Shown here: in pieces, positions 36,845 to 45,758 of the stretch | Layout: each line of letters opens with the position of its first letter | Numbering within the stretch: the first letter of the stretch is position 1 | Virus record (IMG/VR): IMGVR_UViG_2821091796_000001 | Location: 1-64,000 of that record | Length of the DNA: 64,000 nt | Source: a virus | Taxonomy: Duplodnaviria > Heunggongvirae > Uroviricota > Caudoviricetes | Strand: one strand, 5' to 3' | Notes under the pieces: generated by a model | What the model was told of the DNA's origin: nothing | What the model saw: only the letters and a program-made list of their open reading frames with translations | Database searches by the model: none | Made by a program: the position numbers and the translations under genes

Positions 36845-36890
36845 AAGGACGAAAGGACGAAATCGCCCTTTCGTTTATTCGTTATACCCT
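36845..36890 (+). repeat. ACGAAA tandem-hexamer element with inverted partner
   Basis: aaggACGAAAggACGAAAtcgcccTTTCGTttattcgtt. Confidence 0.4.
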
Positions 36891-37358
36891 TGTATTCTCT
36901 ACCATTTTGAACTTCTTCTTGTCGCGAATGACAGAAATGAAGCCCGAGAGGAAACCGTAGTCGTGCATGACGGGACGATTCTTAAGCAAGCCCCAATTGC
37001 CTTGATGCACATCAGTGCAAAAGTCTGGCACTTGCTTGGGCACACGTTTGGCTGAAATCTCTTTTGTCCGTTCCATCACAAGAATGGATCCGCTGCGGGA
37101 GATAAAGTGGCAGGGAGCAAGCCATTGACCGGCTGGCGTGTCCTTCAACTGGTGCCAGACGTTCCATTCAGTCACATTACAGAAGTCTCGCTCCGCGTGT
37201 GGCGTCTCTATTTTGTAGACGAGATCCTCACGGCCAGGCACCGCGTAGACGTTGCGATACTTTCCTTGGCCGAGATTTCCGCCGAGCATGAAGTGATTGA
37301 ACTCTTCCTGAATCGGAGCGAGCCAGTCGTAGAGCGGAGTAGGGGTGTAATTGGTCAT
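36882..37358 (-). CDS. small protein-kinase-like fold protein
   Basis: GGNLGQGKYRNVY (Gly loop), VYKIE (beta3 Lys), DVHQGNWG (catalytic loop-like). Confidence 0.4.
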   Translation of the reverse strand: MTNYTPTPLYDWLAPIQEEFNHFMLGGNLGQGKYRNVYAVPGREDLVYKIETPHAERDFCNVTEWNVWHQLKDTPAGQWLAPCHFISRSGSILVMERTKEISAKRVPKQVPDFCTDVHQGNWGLLKNRPVMHDYGFLSGFISVIRDKKKFKMVENTRV

Positions 37359-37756
37359 GTCGGCTCAAACTCGTCTCTATCGAAGAGCTCTTCGAACACG
37401 TCGATATCGGCCCGAAGCGCGTTCCATCGAAACTCAATCTCTGTCCTGGCGGCCATATCATCGCGGAGTTCCACTATCTCGGCGTCATCCGGGACACAGT
37501 TTGCCGCACGAAACTCCAAAAGACGCAAATCACGAGACACTCGGGATGAAATATCTGCGAACTTGTCTTCCACGTAACGCACCCGACGTGGCTCAAGCCG
37601 ATAGACCGTTCTGGTGATATCGGTTGGCACTGGATCATCGGGATAAGGCAGGTCCACCGGAATTTCCCAGTTTTGAAACACGATGTCGCGCTGACCCGGT
37701 CGGAGCGGAAGGTGTAAATGTCCGACTAGCCTGTTGTCGTGATAAACCTGAATCAT
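37355..37756 (-). CDS. hypothetical protein
   Basis: 133 aa. Confidence 0.35.
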   Translation of the reverse strand: MIQVYHDNRLVGHLHLPLRPGQRDIVFQNWEIPVDLPYPDDPVPTDITRTVYRLEPRRVRYVEDKFADISSRVSRDLRLLEFRAANCVPDDAEIVELRDDMAARTEIEFRWNALRADIDVFEELFDRDEFEPT

Positions 37757-38313
37757 GCAACGCGACCTTCGATCACGTTTATCAGCTTGACTGCCAAGTC
37801 TTTGCGGGCATCTTCCTTCGAAAGACCCCGAGCAAGTCCATCATTAAGAATCTGCGCGTGCGCATGAACCGGATTGAAGGTGTCGAACTCAAACTTTGAG
37901 GGGCCGGCGAGAGGATTGACGATCTCGAGAACCAGCGCACCTTGATCTCGCCAGTATTTGCCCTGCTCACGACGGACGGAACCAAAGACCGCGGTTGCTT
38001 CCTTCGGTCTCGCGTTGTGACTCATGAGCGGAATGATGTCGCCACCGAACTTCTCTTCGAAGGCATTCCCAATCTCGCCGAGGATTTCGCGAACCTGCCA
38101 TTCCCTGCCGTTAAGCACGACGTTCTCGAGCTTGCCTTCCTGAGTGAATACCTGGTGCTGAGTGAGACCAAGGTAGTCGATGGCGATCTTGCGCAAGGGA
38201 AGTCCATCATCGGCCGTGGCGTGACCGTAGATTTCGCCGATGATTTCGGCTGCTGTGGTTTTTCCAGATGTTGGGTGACCACAAAGTGCAATGTATTGGG
38301 GGATTTCGGTCAT
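37753..38313 (-). CDS. P-loop kinase (phage dNMP kinase-like)
   Basis: Walker A GHPTSGKTTAAE near N-terminus, 186 aa. Confidence 0.5.
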   Translation of the reverse strand: MTEIPQYIALCGHPTSGKTTAAEIIGEIYGHATADDGLPLRKIAIDYLGLTQHQVFTQEGKLENVVLNGREWQVREILGEIGNAFEEKFGGDIIPLMSHNARPKEATAVFGSVRREQGKYWRDQGALVLEIVNPLAGPSKFEFDTFNPVHAHAQILNDGLARGLSKEDARKDLAVKLINVIEGRVA

Positions 38314-38328
38314 GTCTGTCTCTCATAA

Positions 38329-38349
38329 ATAAATCAATAATGATTTACT
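38329..38349. promoter_or_regulatory. palindromic motif copy upstream of minus-strand kinase gene
   Basis: ataaatcaataatgatttact, 15 nt from start 38313 (-). Confidence 0.55.
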
Positions 38350-38394
38350 TTATAGCGAGGAGAGACGGCGCTGCTCTCTACTAAGGGAGAGCAA

Positions 38395-38440
38395 CGCTAA
38401 TTCGCCTTTTCGTTACTTCGTTCTTTCGTAGTTTCGCAGC
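38395..38440 (-). repeat. ACGAAA tandem-hexamer element upstream of minus-strand kinase operon
   Basis: minus-strand reads ctACGAAAgaACGAAgtaACGAAAaggcgaa, ~60 nt upstream of palindromic motif and start. Confidence 0.45.
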
Positions 38441-38595
38441 TTCATTTCGGCAAGCCGCAGTTTGCGCTGCAATTTGGCATTCTCTTCCTGGAGCAGTTCA
38501 AGTTCGTGTTCGATCCGGTCCTCGGACAGAACCGACAGCCCTCGAGCGTTGAAAAAGTGGATTGGATCCACGAGGCGGGTTGGGGAGATGGTCAT
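38413..38595 (-). CDS. small coiled-coil protein
   Basis: 60 aa, coupled to helicase gene. Confidence 0.3.
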   Translation of the reverse strand: MTISPTRLVDPIHFFNARGLSVLSEDRIEHELELLQEENAKLQRKLRLAEMKLRNYERTK

Positions 38596-40190
38596 GCGGC
38601 TTCCTTCCGAGCAAATATAGACCAGTTGAAGTCCTGACCTTCAGGCAAGATGCCTTCAGCGAAGCCAGGTGTTTGCTGAATGATGGCGCGACGCTGCGCA
38701 TCATGCTCGCGTAGCGTCGTGTTGAGGTTGGCTGAATACATCGCGATGAACGCAAAATTCGGAATGCCTTTGGGCTTTCCACGCAAACCGCGGCCGATAC
38801 GCTGGCGTAGCGCAACTTCGGCCTTGCCGCCGCCTGCGAGCATCACCAGACCAACAGCCGGCACGTCAACGCCAACATCGAGAATGGTTGTGCCAATCAA
38901 CCCGTCTATCGTGCCATTCTTAAGAGCGGTGAGGGCGGCTTTGCGCTCCTTCTGGTTGTTCTCGCCGCGAATAAACATAATCCGCAGACCAACGCGCTTC
39001 ATCAGCTCGACCAGCGTGTCGCCATGCGACGTGTGCTGAACCAGAACCATAAAGGGCAGACCGACCTTGCGCGCCATCAGACCATCCCGGATGATGGCCT
39101 TGTGCATGTTCATGTTGTCGGTATAGCCAAGCTTATATGCGCGCTGCCAAGGCGAGGTGCGATGCAACCCCTGTGCACCCTCAACGCTCATGAACTTGAA
39201 GTGCGGTGTCGCAAGAATACCGCGCTTGATCAAAAGCTCTTCGGAGACTTTGATTAGAATCGAGCCAAAAGCTGCCATCAGACGCAGATTGTCCTGCGCA
39301 TTGGTGCGCATGAACGGCGTCGCAGTCAGTGCAACCCGGATCTGCGCATTCTTGCAGTATTTCAGAATCTCGTAATAGGAGTTGCCACCGGCCTCGTGCG
39401 CTTCCTCACCGATGACCACTTCCATCATCTCCAAGACCTTGATGATCTTGTTGCGTTTGGCCACCTTCTCATCATAGCGCTGCTTTGCCAGTTTGCCGAC
39501 ATCTTCCGGCGCAATGAACGTATCCTTCTTCTTGTTGAGGTGCTGAGATTTGGTGACTGCGCGCCGCTCTCGTGCAAGGTCAGGAACCTCGAGCGCCTGA
39601 ACAAGCGTTTGGACCATGCCAAGGTTCACGCCCTTGGTAACTTTCATCTCACCATCACCCATCAGGCCGGTGTTGAGACCGAGTGCATCAAGTTGATCCT
39701 TCATCTGATAGAGCAGAACTCCGCGCGTCGTGATGAACAGCGTCATGCGCCGGTAACGCGCCATGATCAGCTTGGCGATCTTCGACTTGCCGCCGCCGGT
39801 CGCCACTTGAATGATGCCGCGGCCGTATTTCTCCACACTTCGAAGGGCTTTGATCTGGAAATCATAGTCCGGATTGTCGTTTCCGAACTCGTCGACGATT
39901 GGACTAAACGGACCAAGTGGTTCTGGCAGAGCTTTGCGCACCAAGCGCACCTGATAGCCCTTCTTGATCAGCGTGCGCTCAACGAGGTGAACGAAGCCAG
40001 CCGGAAATGTGTGATTGGTCATCTGGTAGAAAGATGAATAGGCCGAGACCATACCCACATTGCTTGCGAAAGTGCCATCGATCGAGGAGTCGTTATAAGA
40101 CAGCAGGTCCGAAACGATCGCATCTACCGATTTGTCCGCATTCCGGATCTGGGCCGTCACAGCGTTGTGAGCCAGGATTACAGATTTCAT
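38592..40190 (-). CDS. superfamily-2 DEAD/DEAH-type helicase (type III restriction res-like/phage DNA helicase)
   Basis: motif I ATGGGKS, motif II-like VIGEEAHEAG, motif VI QRIGRGLRGK. Confidence 0.7.
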   Translation of the reverse strand: MKSVILAHNAVTAQIRNADKSVDAIVSDLLSYNDSSIDGTFASNVGMVSAYSSFYQMTNHTFPAGFVHLVERTLIKKGYQVRLVRKALPEPLGPFSPIVDEFGNDNPDYDFQIKALRSVEKYGRGIIQVATGGGKSKIAKLIMARYRRMTLFITTRGVLLYQMKDQLDALGLNTGLMGDGEMKVTKGVNLGMVQTLVQALEVPDLARERRAVTKSQHLNKKKDTFIAPEDVGKLAKQRYDEKVAKRNKIIKVLEMMEVVIGEEAHEAGGNSYYEILKYCKNAQIRVALTATPFMRTNAQDNLRLMAAFGSILIKVSEELLIKRGILATPHFKFMSVEGAQGLHRTSPWQRAYKLGYTDNMNMHKAIIRDGLMARKVGLPFMVLVQHTSHGDTLVELMKRVGLRIMFIRGENNQKERKAALTALKNGTIDGLIGTTILDVGVDVPAVGLVMLAGGGKAEVALRQRIGRGLRGKPKGIPNFAFIAMYSANLNTTLREHDAQRRAIIQQTPGFAEGILPEGQDFNWSIFARKEAA

Positions 40191-40234
40191 TCACATTCTT
40201 CCATTTGCCTATTGCCTTATTATGGCGTTATGAT

Positions 40235-40256
40235 AGTCAATCATTATTGACTTACT
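40235..40256. promoter_or_regulatory. palindromic motif copy in helicase/ParB divergent region
   Basis: agtcaatcattattgacttact. Confidence 0.55.
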
Positions 40257-40277
40257 TTTCTAACAGGGAATACCCCT

Positions 40278-40982
40278 TTGTCGCAACCGAAAACCGAACT
40301 GCTTGACCCGAATACGCTCCAGAAAAACCCCTGGAACACCAATATCACCACACCGGAGAACGACGCCAAGCTCGAGGAGTCGATTAAGAAGTTCGGCTTT
40401 ATTCGGCCAATACTCGTTCGCGAAGTAGAGGAGGGTCTTCAGATCCTTGGTGGTGAGCATCGATGGGAAATTGCCAAGAAGCTAGGAATCGACGTTCTGA
40501 TCCTCAACCTCGGCGCTCTCGATGATCCGACAGCCAAACAAGTCTCAATCCTCGACAATACGCGCTATGGAACGGATGACACGCTCGCCTTCGCCGAACT
40601 CTTGAAGGAACTCTCAGGCTACGATGACCTGCAGTATCTTCCCTACTCAGATGCCGATTTCGAAGAAATCTTCTCGACTACTCATATAGCGCTCGACGAC
40701 TTGGGTATTGAGGAGAACTTCGACAATGACGAGGAAATCGACAATACACCTCCCGAACCCAAGGCGCCAAAGACACACACTGTCATGCGCTTTAAGGTTC
40801 CCATCCTCGATGCCGAGCGCATCACGGCGAAAATCGCCGAAACTCGTCGCGATCATGATCTCAATTCCGCTGATGAACTCACCAATGCCGGCGATGCTCT
40901 TGTTCATCTTCTCGTCAGTCGATCGGCTCCTGTCGACGTTAGTGACATGGAAGAAGCCCTTCTGGCGGATCTCGACGTATGA
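40278..40982 (+). CDS. ParB-like nuclease domain protein
   Basis: FGFIRPILV ... ILGGEHRWEIAKKLG (ParB/Srx fold); TTG start. Confidence 0.6.
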   Translation: MSQPKTELLDPNTLQKNPWNTNITTPENDAKLEESIKKFGFIRPILVREVEEGLQILGGEHRWEIAKKLGIDVLILNLGALDDPTAKQVSILDNTRYGTDDTLAFAELLKELSGYDDLQYLPYSDADFEEIFSTTHIALDDLGIEENFDNDEEIDNTPPEPKAPKTHTVMRFKVPILDAERITAKIAETRRDHDLNSADELTNAGDALVHLLVSRSAPVDVSDMEEALLADLDV

Positions 40983-41164
40983 GCACCAAATTTCCTGATT
41001 GCGTATCCTGTAAATTCTACAACAAGCGCTTCGTCGGCAAACGCGCCAATCCAGTCTGCGGAGAGTGCGACAACGGTGAGTTCTATGAGGAGTGGGTGCG
41101 CAACAGGGCTCTGAACGACAATGAATTGATGTCCCTTTACGGAAAGATGCACCATGACAACTAA
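40979..41164 (+). CDS. zinc-ribbon protein
   Basis: CVSC ... CGEC. Confidence 0.4.
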   Translation: MSTKFPDCVSCKFYNKRFVGKRANPVCGECDNGEFYEEWVRNRALNDNELMSLYGKMHHDN

Positions 41165-41816
41165 GACCCCAGCTGAGACAGTTGAGCTCTGGGATATTGA
41201 CCGGATCAAGGAATACAAACTCAACGCCAAGATCCATAATGAAAAACAGGTCACTGACCTTGCAAAGTCGATTAAAGCATTCGGTTTCTCGCAACCGATC
41301 ATTGTCTGGACGGACGGCACCATCATTGCAGGTCATGGGCGTCGACTGGCTGCCATCTCACTGGGAATGAAGAAGGTTCCTGTCGTATGTCGCTCGGATC
41401 TTTCCAAGGCGGAAGCCGATGCTATGCGCCTTTCCGACAATAAGGTGACATCGGTCGAATACGATATGTCCATGCTGCAGGATGAGCTTCAGCGCCTCGT
41501 CGGCGAAGATATCGATATCGATCTGACCGGTTATTCCGACTTTGAAATCCAGTTTTCGACAGATGATATCGGAGAAATGGACGAGGGCGCCTTTGTTGGC
41601 GATATCGGCGCCGCTGTCGAGGTCCAAGCTGAAGAGAACAAAAGGGCTGCAGGCGTCGTTGATGATGTGGCTGCGCCAATCACCGATGCGCTTGGCTTCA
41701 AGCGCGTGACCATCGCCCAGTCCCGCACCATTCGGGAACTGGTCGCTCGCGTCGAAGCCAAGACCGGCAAAACTGGAGTGGATGCGCTGATAGCTGTGCT
41801 ATCGGCCGCCGCATAA
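41154..41816 (+). CDS. ParB-like nuclease domain protein
   Basis: FGFSQPIIVW ... IIAGHGRRLAAISLG. Confidence 0.6.
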   Translation: MTTKTPAETVELWDIDRIKEYKLNAKIHNEKQVTDLAKSIKAFGFSQPIIVWTDGTIIAGHGRRLAAISLGMKKVPVVCRSDLSKAEADAMRLSDNKVTSVEYDMSMLQDELQRLVGEDIDIDLTGYSDFEIQFSTDDIGEMDEGAFVGDIGAAVEVQAEENKRAAGVVDDVAAPITDALGFKRVTIAQSRTIRELVARVEAKTGKTGVDALIAVLSAAA

Positions 41817-41833
41817 ATCAACTTTGATTGACT
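41813..41833. promoter_or_regulatory. palindromic motif copy
   Basis: ataaatcaactttgattgact. Confidence 0.5.
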
Positions 41834-41845
41834 ATTGAGGCTTAT

Positions 41846-42244
41846 ATGTTCAACGACAACGTTATCTCTCTCGGCTCCCGCAAACCCCTCAGCCAAGTGA
41901 TCGAGGAGCAAAAGGCCGAAGAGAAAGAGATCGAGAAGCTAACCAAGGATTGCCTCCTTGAAATGCTCGGCAAGCTCACCAAGCTCGTCGAAACCGGTCG
42001 CTTGGAAAGCCTCATCATCGCCGGACGAGATCCTGAGTCAGGACTGTTTCTGTCTGACATGGTGTTTCCGGGCGAGACCAAGTTTAACGCGCACGCTTTT
42101 GCCTATGTCGGGCTGCTTGAGAGCCTCAAGCTTGAAATGGCCGATTGCGCCTCAATGTCGCCGGTCATCGGCCTCGATGGCAAAGAGATCAATCCGCACA
42201 TCGAATACGTCGAGGGCGAGGAGGGCGAGGAGGGCGAAAACTGA
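41846..42244 (+). CDS. hypothetical acidic protein
   Basis: 132 aa, C-terminal EGEEGEEGEN. Confidence 0.35.
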   Translation: MFNDNVISLGSRKPLSQVIEEQKAEEKEIEKLTKDCLLEMLGKLTKLVETGRLESLIIAGRDPESGLFLSDMVFPGETKFNAHAFAYVGLLESLKLEMADCASMSPVIGLDGKEINPHIEYVEGEEGEEGEN

Positions 42245-42885
42245 TGGAATACGTCATCAACCGCGCTTTCTCATCCTCTGTTGAGCGCACGCCGCGCGTG
42301 CTTGAACTTGCCGAGGGCTTCGGTCTTGGTCTGACCAACAAGGAATTCGTAATCTACGACAACCTGGCAATCAATATCGATCAGGGCGATGTCGTTTACA
42401 TCACAGGCCAATCAGGTTCCGGCAAGTCGGTTCTCCTGAAAGATCTCGCTGCGGAAATGAACAAGTCTCTTTCCGTGATGGATCTCAACCAAATCATACT
42501 CGATCCGCACCTTCCTGTGATCGATCAGGTCGGGCGCAATACGGTCGAGGCAACTGGGCTCCTGGCGAAGGCCGGTATCTCCGATGCCTGGATCTACATC
42601 CGCAAGCCAGGTGAACTCTCCGACGGACAGCGCTACCGCCTGAAGCTGGCAAAGATGATCGAAAACACCGTCGCTGATGTCTGGATCGCCGATGAATTTG
42701 GCGCCGTCCTCGACCGCGTCACGGCGAAGATCATCGCCTTCAACATGCAAAAAGTCGCTCGATCTCTCGGCAAGACACTGATGGTCGCCACGACACACAC
42801 CGACCTGGACGAGGAACTCGGCCCGGATCTTACAGTCACAAAACGCTTCCGCGAGAAGGTTGAAGTAACAGGAGAAAAGCAATGA
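42244..42885 (+). CDS. ABC-type ATPase domain protein (no TM domain)
   Basis: Walker A GQSGSGKS, signature LSDGQRYRL, Walker B IWIADEF, H-loop ATTHTD. Confidence 0.55.
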   Translation: MEYVINRAFSSSVERTPRVLELAEGFGLGLTNKEFVIYDNLAINIDQGDVVYITGQSGSGKSVLLKDLAAEMNKSLSVMDLNQIILDPHLPVIDQVGRNTVEATGLLAKAGISDAWIYIRKPGELSDGQRYRLKLAKMIENTVADVWIADEFGAVLDRVTAKIIAFNMQKVARSLGKTLMVATTHTDLDEELGPDLTVTKRFREKVEVTGEKQ

Positions 42886-43190
42886 ACTTTGGTCAAGCAA
42901 TCGAAATTGTAAAGCGCGGCGGGAAGGTCGCTCGTGAAGGCTGGAATGGAAAGCGCATGTTCGTCTTCCTACATCCCGGTTCTGCCCCGCGCGCAACCCA
43001 AGTCAAGCCGGTAAGTCCGGATTTGGATCTCATCGCCGGCATTGACAAGAACCATTTCGAAACCGGCGCCGAGGGCTCAACAATTCGCCTTCCATCTCTT
43101 GGGCTGCGGACAGTGGACGGCTCAATGCTGATCGGTTGGCTCGCCTCCCAGACGGATGTTCTGGCCGAAGACTGGCAAGAGGTTCGCTAA
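42882..43190 (+). CDS. DUF2829 family protein (Tad2-like, Thoeris anti-defence candidate)
   Basis: MNFGQAIEIVKRGGKVAREGWNGKRMFVFL opening typical of DUF2829; ~100 aa. Confidence 0.45.
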   Translation: MNFGQAIEIVKRGGKVAREGWNGKRMFVFLHPGSAPRATQVKPVSPDLDLIAGIDKNHFETGAEGSTIRLPSLGLRTVDGSMLIGWLASQTDVLAEDWQEVR

Positions 43191-43489
43191 TGCCAGACAC
43201 GATTGATCAGCATACGAGGCGCTTTCAGGTCACCAAAACCCCTCCGCAAGTTCATGACCCCGAGGGTATGACCAAGCATGATGTAAGTTGCGAAGCTTGG
43301 CGAGCATATGCGTTCAGTGACGGCTTCGAATATATGATTCAAGAGCCGAAGACGCTCTGGGTAAAGCGCAAGGACGATGGCGACAGTCACCGCATTCTCG
43401 ATGGCAAAGGTGTCATTCATTACGTCAATGCCGGTTGGCGCGCCCTGCGGTGGAAGAATCTTCCTGGTCGACCGGAAGTGTCATTTTGA
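43190..43489 (+). CDS. hypothetical protein
   Basis: 99 aa. Confidence 0.35.
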   Translation: MPDTIDQHTRRFQVTKTPPQVHDPEGMTKHDVSCEAWRAYAFSDGFEYMIQEPKTLWVKRKDDGDSHRILDGKGVIHYVNAGWRALRWKNLPGRPEVSF

Positions 43490-43812
43490 TGCTGACGGCC
43501 CTGTGGATCTATATCTATCGCGTGTTCATCGCAATCGACAGGACGGTCAACACTGTCTTGCTTGGCGACCTGGATCAGACGATCTCGTATCGGGCTGCCA
43601 CAGCATGGGCCGAAGAGCGCAAATGGGGCTGCTATCTGTGCCGGATCCTCGACTTTATCCACCGGGAGCATTGCCGCAATGTAATGCGCACTTACGGAGG
43701 AGCTCCACTAGCCGAACTCCTTCTGCCGCACTACTGCCCACACTGGAGTGATTTCAGCGGTCTTGCGCCACTGGTTCCATATCTGCCCGTCATTCTCTCG
43801 CACTACTGGTGA
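43489..43812 (+). CDS. hypothetical membrane protein
   Basis: N-terminal TM helix, Cys/His-rich. Confidence 0.3.
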   Translation: MLTALWIYIYRVFIAIDRTVNTVLLGDLDQTISYRAATAWAEERKWGCYLCRILDFIHREHCRNVMRTYGGAPLAELLLPHYCPHWSDFSGLAPLVPYLPVILSHYW

Positions 43813-43816
43813 AATC

Positions 43817-44725
43817 ATGGAAACGTCATACAGAGTCGCCGGTGAGCTTTGTGACTTCAGCGTATGTGAGACGCGCATAAGTCGAGCGGTCGCGCCCAGG
43901 GCGCGCTTCTCGCTGATAGACGACATGTTTGTCGAGCGCGGGACGATCGCAGACTGGAATCTCTTGCACGATCTGCATTACAAGGCCGAAAAACTGCCGC
44001 TGGGTCCGCGCTTCTATCGTCTCGATCTGCACGGAGAGACTATTGGCGTTCTTGTGACTGGCACTCCGAAGGGAATGCTGCGCGAAAGACATATTATCTT
44101 CCCGAAGATCAAGCCGACCGGACAGGATACCAAGCTCACCAATACCAACCGCTATCGCTATATCAACGCCAACTTTCGGGTGATCTCGCGCTTTGTAGTC
44201 GATACAATGTATCGCGGCATCGGCGCCGGCTATCGCATGATGAACTTGGTCTCGCGCATGGAGGGAAACACCTTTACAGAGATCCAGTCATCGATGTCGA
44301 AATTCAATGTTTTCGGTCAGAAGGCAGGCTTCCGCTTTGCGCCGCCCCAGAACGCCAACAAGTTCGAAGCCGGCATGAAATTCTTTCGCTCCAATTTCGT
44401 GAGCAACCCCCAAGACTTTGAAGCCATTGTAAACGAGATCCTGACGCAACCTGAAGCTCAACGTGACAAGACCGTGCAACTTTGCCGCGAGTTCTATCAG
44501 AAGAACTCAGCAATGGAAAATACGGGCGCAGCCAGAGAAAAGGCGAACGAGCGTGTTGCTGCGATGGATGTGCGATCGACCATCAAAGCGATCCAACAGG
44601 TTTCTCTCGCATCGCCGCTCTATGGCGTATGGAAATGCCCGGATCCGAAGGGATCTGTGCCCGATCGTTTGCCCTTAAGCGCATTTGACTGGCAGGGCGT
44701 CAATGAAAGGCTGCGCCTGCCATGA
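43817..44725 (+). CDS. hypothetical protein (possible GNAT-like segment)
   Basis: 302 aa; RFVVDTMYRGIGAGYRMM resembles acetyl-CoA binding motif A; weak. Confidence 0.35.
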   Translation: METSYRVAGELCDFSVCETRISRAVAPRARFSLIDDMFVERGTIADWNLLHDLHYKAEKLPLGPRFYRLDLHGETIGVLVTGTPKGMLRERHIIFPKIKPTGQDTKLTNTNRYRYINANFRVISRFVVDTMYRGIGAGYRMMNLVSRMEGNTFTEIQSSMSKFNVFGQKAGFRFAPPQNANKFEAGMKFFRSNFVSNPQDFEAIVNEILTQPEAQRDKTVQLCREFYQKNSAMENTGAAREKANERVAAMDVRSTIKAIQQVSLASPLYGVWKCPDPKGSVPDRLPLSAFDWQGVNERLRLP

Positions 44726-44967
44726 TGCTGATGCGGACGGACAAGCAGAAAGCGATCATGGAGATCATTTTCAGGCACGTGAATGCCGGCAAGTTTCTCA
44801 GCGTGCGCGAACTTCACGCGCTACTGCCATATTCCTGCGCATATGGTTCATTCCGGATGAGTTTGAAGCAACTTGAAATACACAGGATCATCGAGAAGGA
44901 GAAAGCCGGACGATCTGCTTTGGTCAAGCCTACAAAACTAGGTTACGACTGGTTCAGATCCGGATGA
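44722..44967 (+). CDS. winged-helix DNA-binding protein
   Basis: 81 aa MarR/PadR-like pattern. Confidence 0.35.
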   Translation: MMLMRTDKQKAIMEIIFRHVNAGKFLSVRELHALLPYSCAYGSFRMSLKQLEIHRIIEKEKAGRSALVKPTKLGYDWFRSG

Positions 44968-45063
44968 GCTCTTCCCTCGCCTCGTTTCGTCTATACGTAT
45001 ATGTATTCTAATAGATAATAATACACATAGACGAAGCATGGACGGGAAGAACCTTTTCATTTA

Positions 45064-45085
45064 AAGTAAATCAACATTGATTGAT
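45064..45085. promoter_or_regulatory. palindromic motif copy before terminase small subunit
   Basis: aagtaaatcaacattgattgat, 10 nt before ATG 45096. Confidence 0.55.
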
Positions 45086-45095
45086 AATTGAGACC

Positions 45096-45758
45096 ATGAG
45101 CGAAGAAGCACTCTCCGGAACTGAGCTAGGCGAAGACGCTGAAGAAGCAGGTAAGAAGTTCCGCAAACTAACACCTGCGGAACGTGCGGAAATCCGCGAG
45201 CTATATGAATTGGGTAAGGCTCGAATGACCGAACTTGCCGATAAATACGGCTGTTCACGTCAGACGCTCTCAAGATGGTTCCGGGACGAGAAGATTAAAT
45301 GGGGCTCGCGCGCCGAAGAAGTGAAGGAGGCGGCCAAGGCGGCCATCACTGCCTCGACCACTGCAACCGTAACGTCGATCGCGGAGCGGTTCCAGGATCA
45401 TCGGGCGGATTGGATCGAGGAAACGCGCGTCAATTCCTACAAAGCGTTGCGTATGGCCGAGCTCCTGGCAAAAAAAACAGTCCAGGAAGCAATGAAAGCG
45501 GCCAAGCCGCTTGCCACGATCGACGAAGAGATGAAGGCGATCCACCGCTATCAAAAAGTGCTCTTGGAGAATGCTGACGCACGTTTGCGCATCCTAAATG
45601 CAGACGACGTTGTTGCCGAAGACGATCTTCCGTCGATCCAGATTGACGATCTGACGGCTGAGGATCTAGTCCGCTTCCACCGCGAGAATGGCGTGGATGA
45701 TGAAGAGGAGATCGACGAGATCCTCAAGAATTTCGATGAGCCGGTGGTCATCGAATAA
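45096..45758 (+). CDS. terminase small subunit (putative)
   Basis: HTH near N-terminus (RMTELADKYGCSRQTLSRWF), acidic C-terminus, immediately upstream of TerL. Confidence 0.5.
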   Translation: MSEEALSGTELGEDAEEAGKKFRKLTPAERAEIRELYELGKARMTELADKYGCSRQTLSRWFRDEKIKWGSRAEEVKEAAKAAITASTTATVTSIAERFQDHRADWIEETRVNSYKALRMAELLAKKTVQEAMKAAKPLATIDEEMKAIHRYQKVLLENADARLRILNADDVVAEDDLPSIQIDDLTAEDLVRFHRENGVDDEEEIDEILKNFDEPVVIE

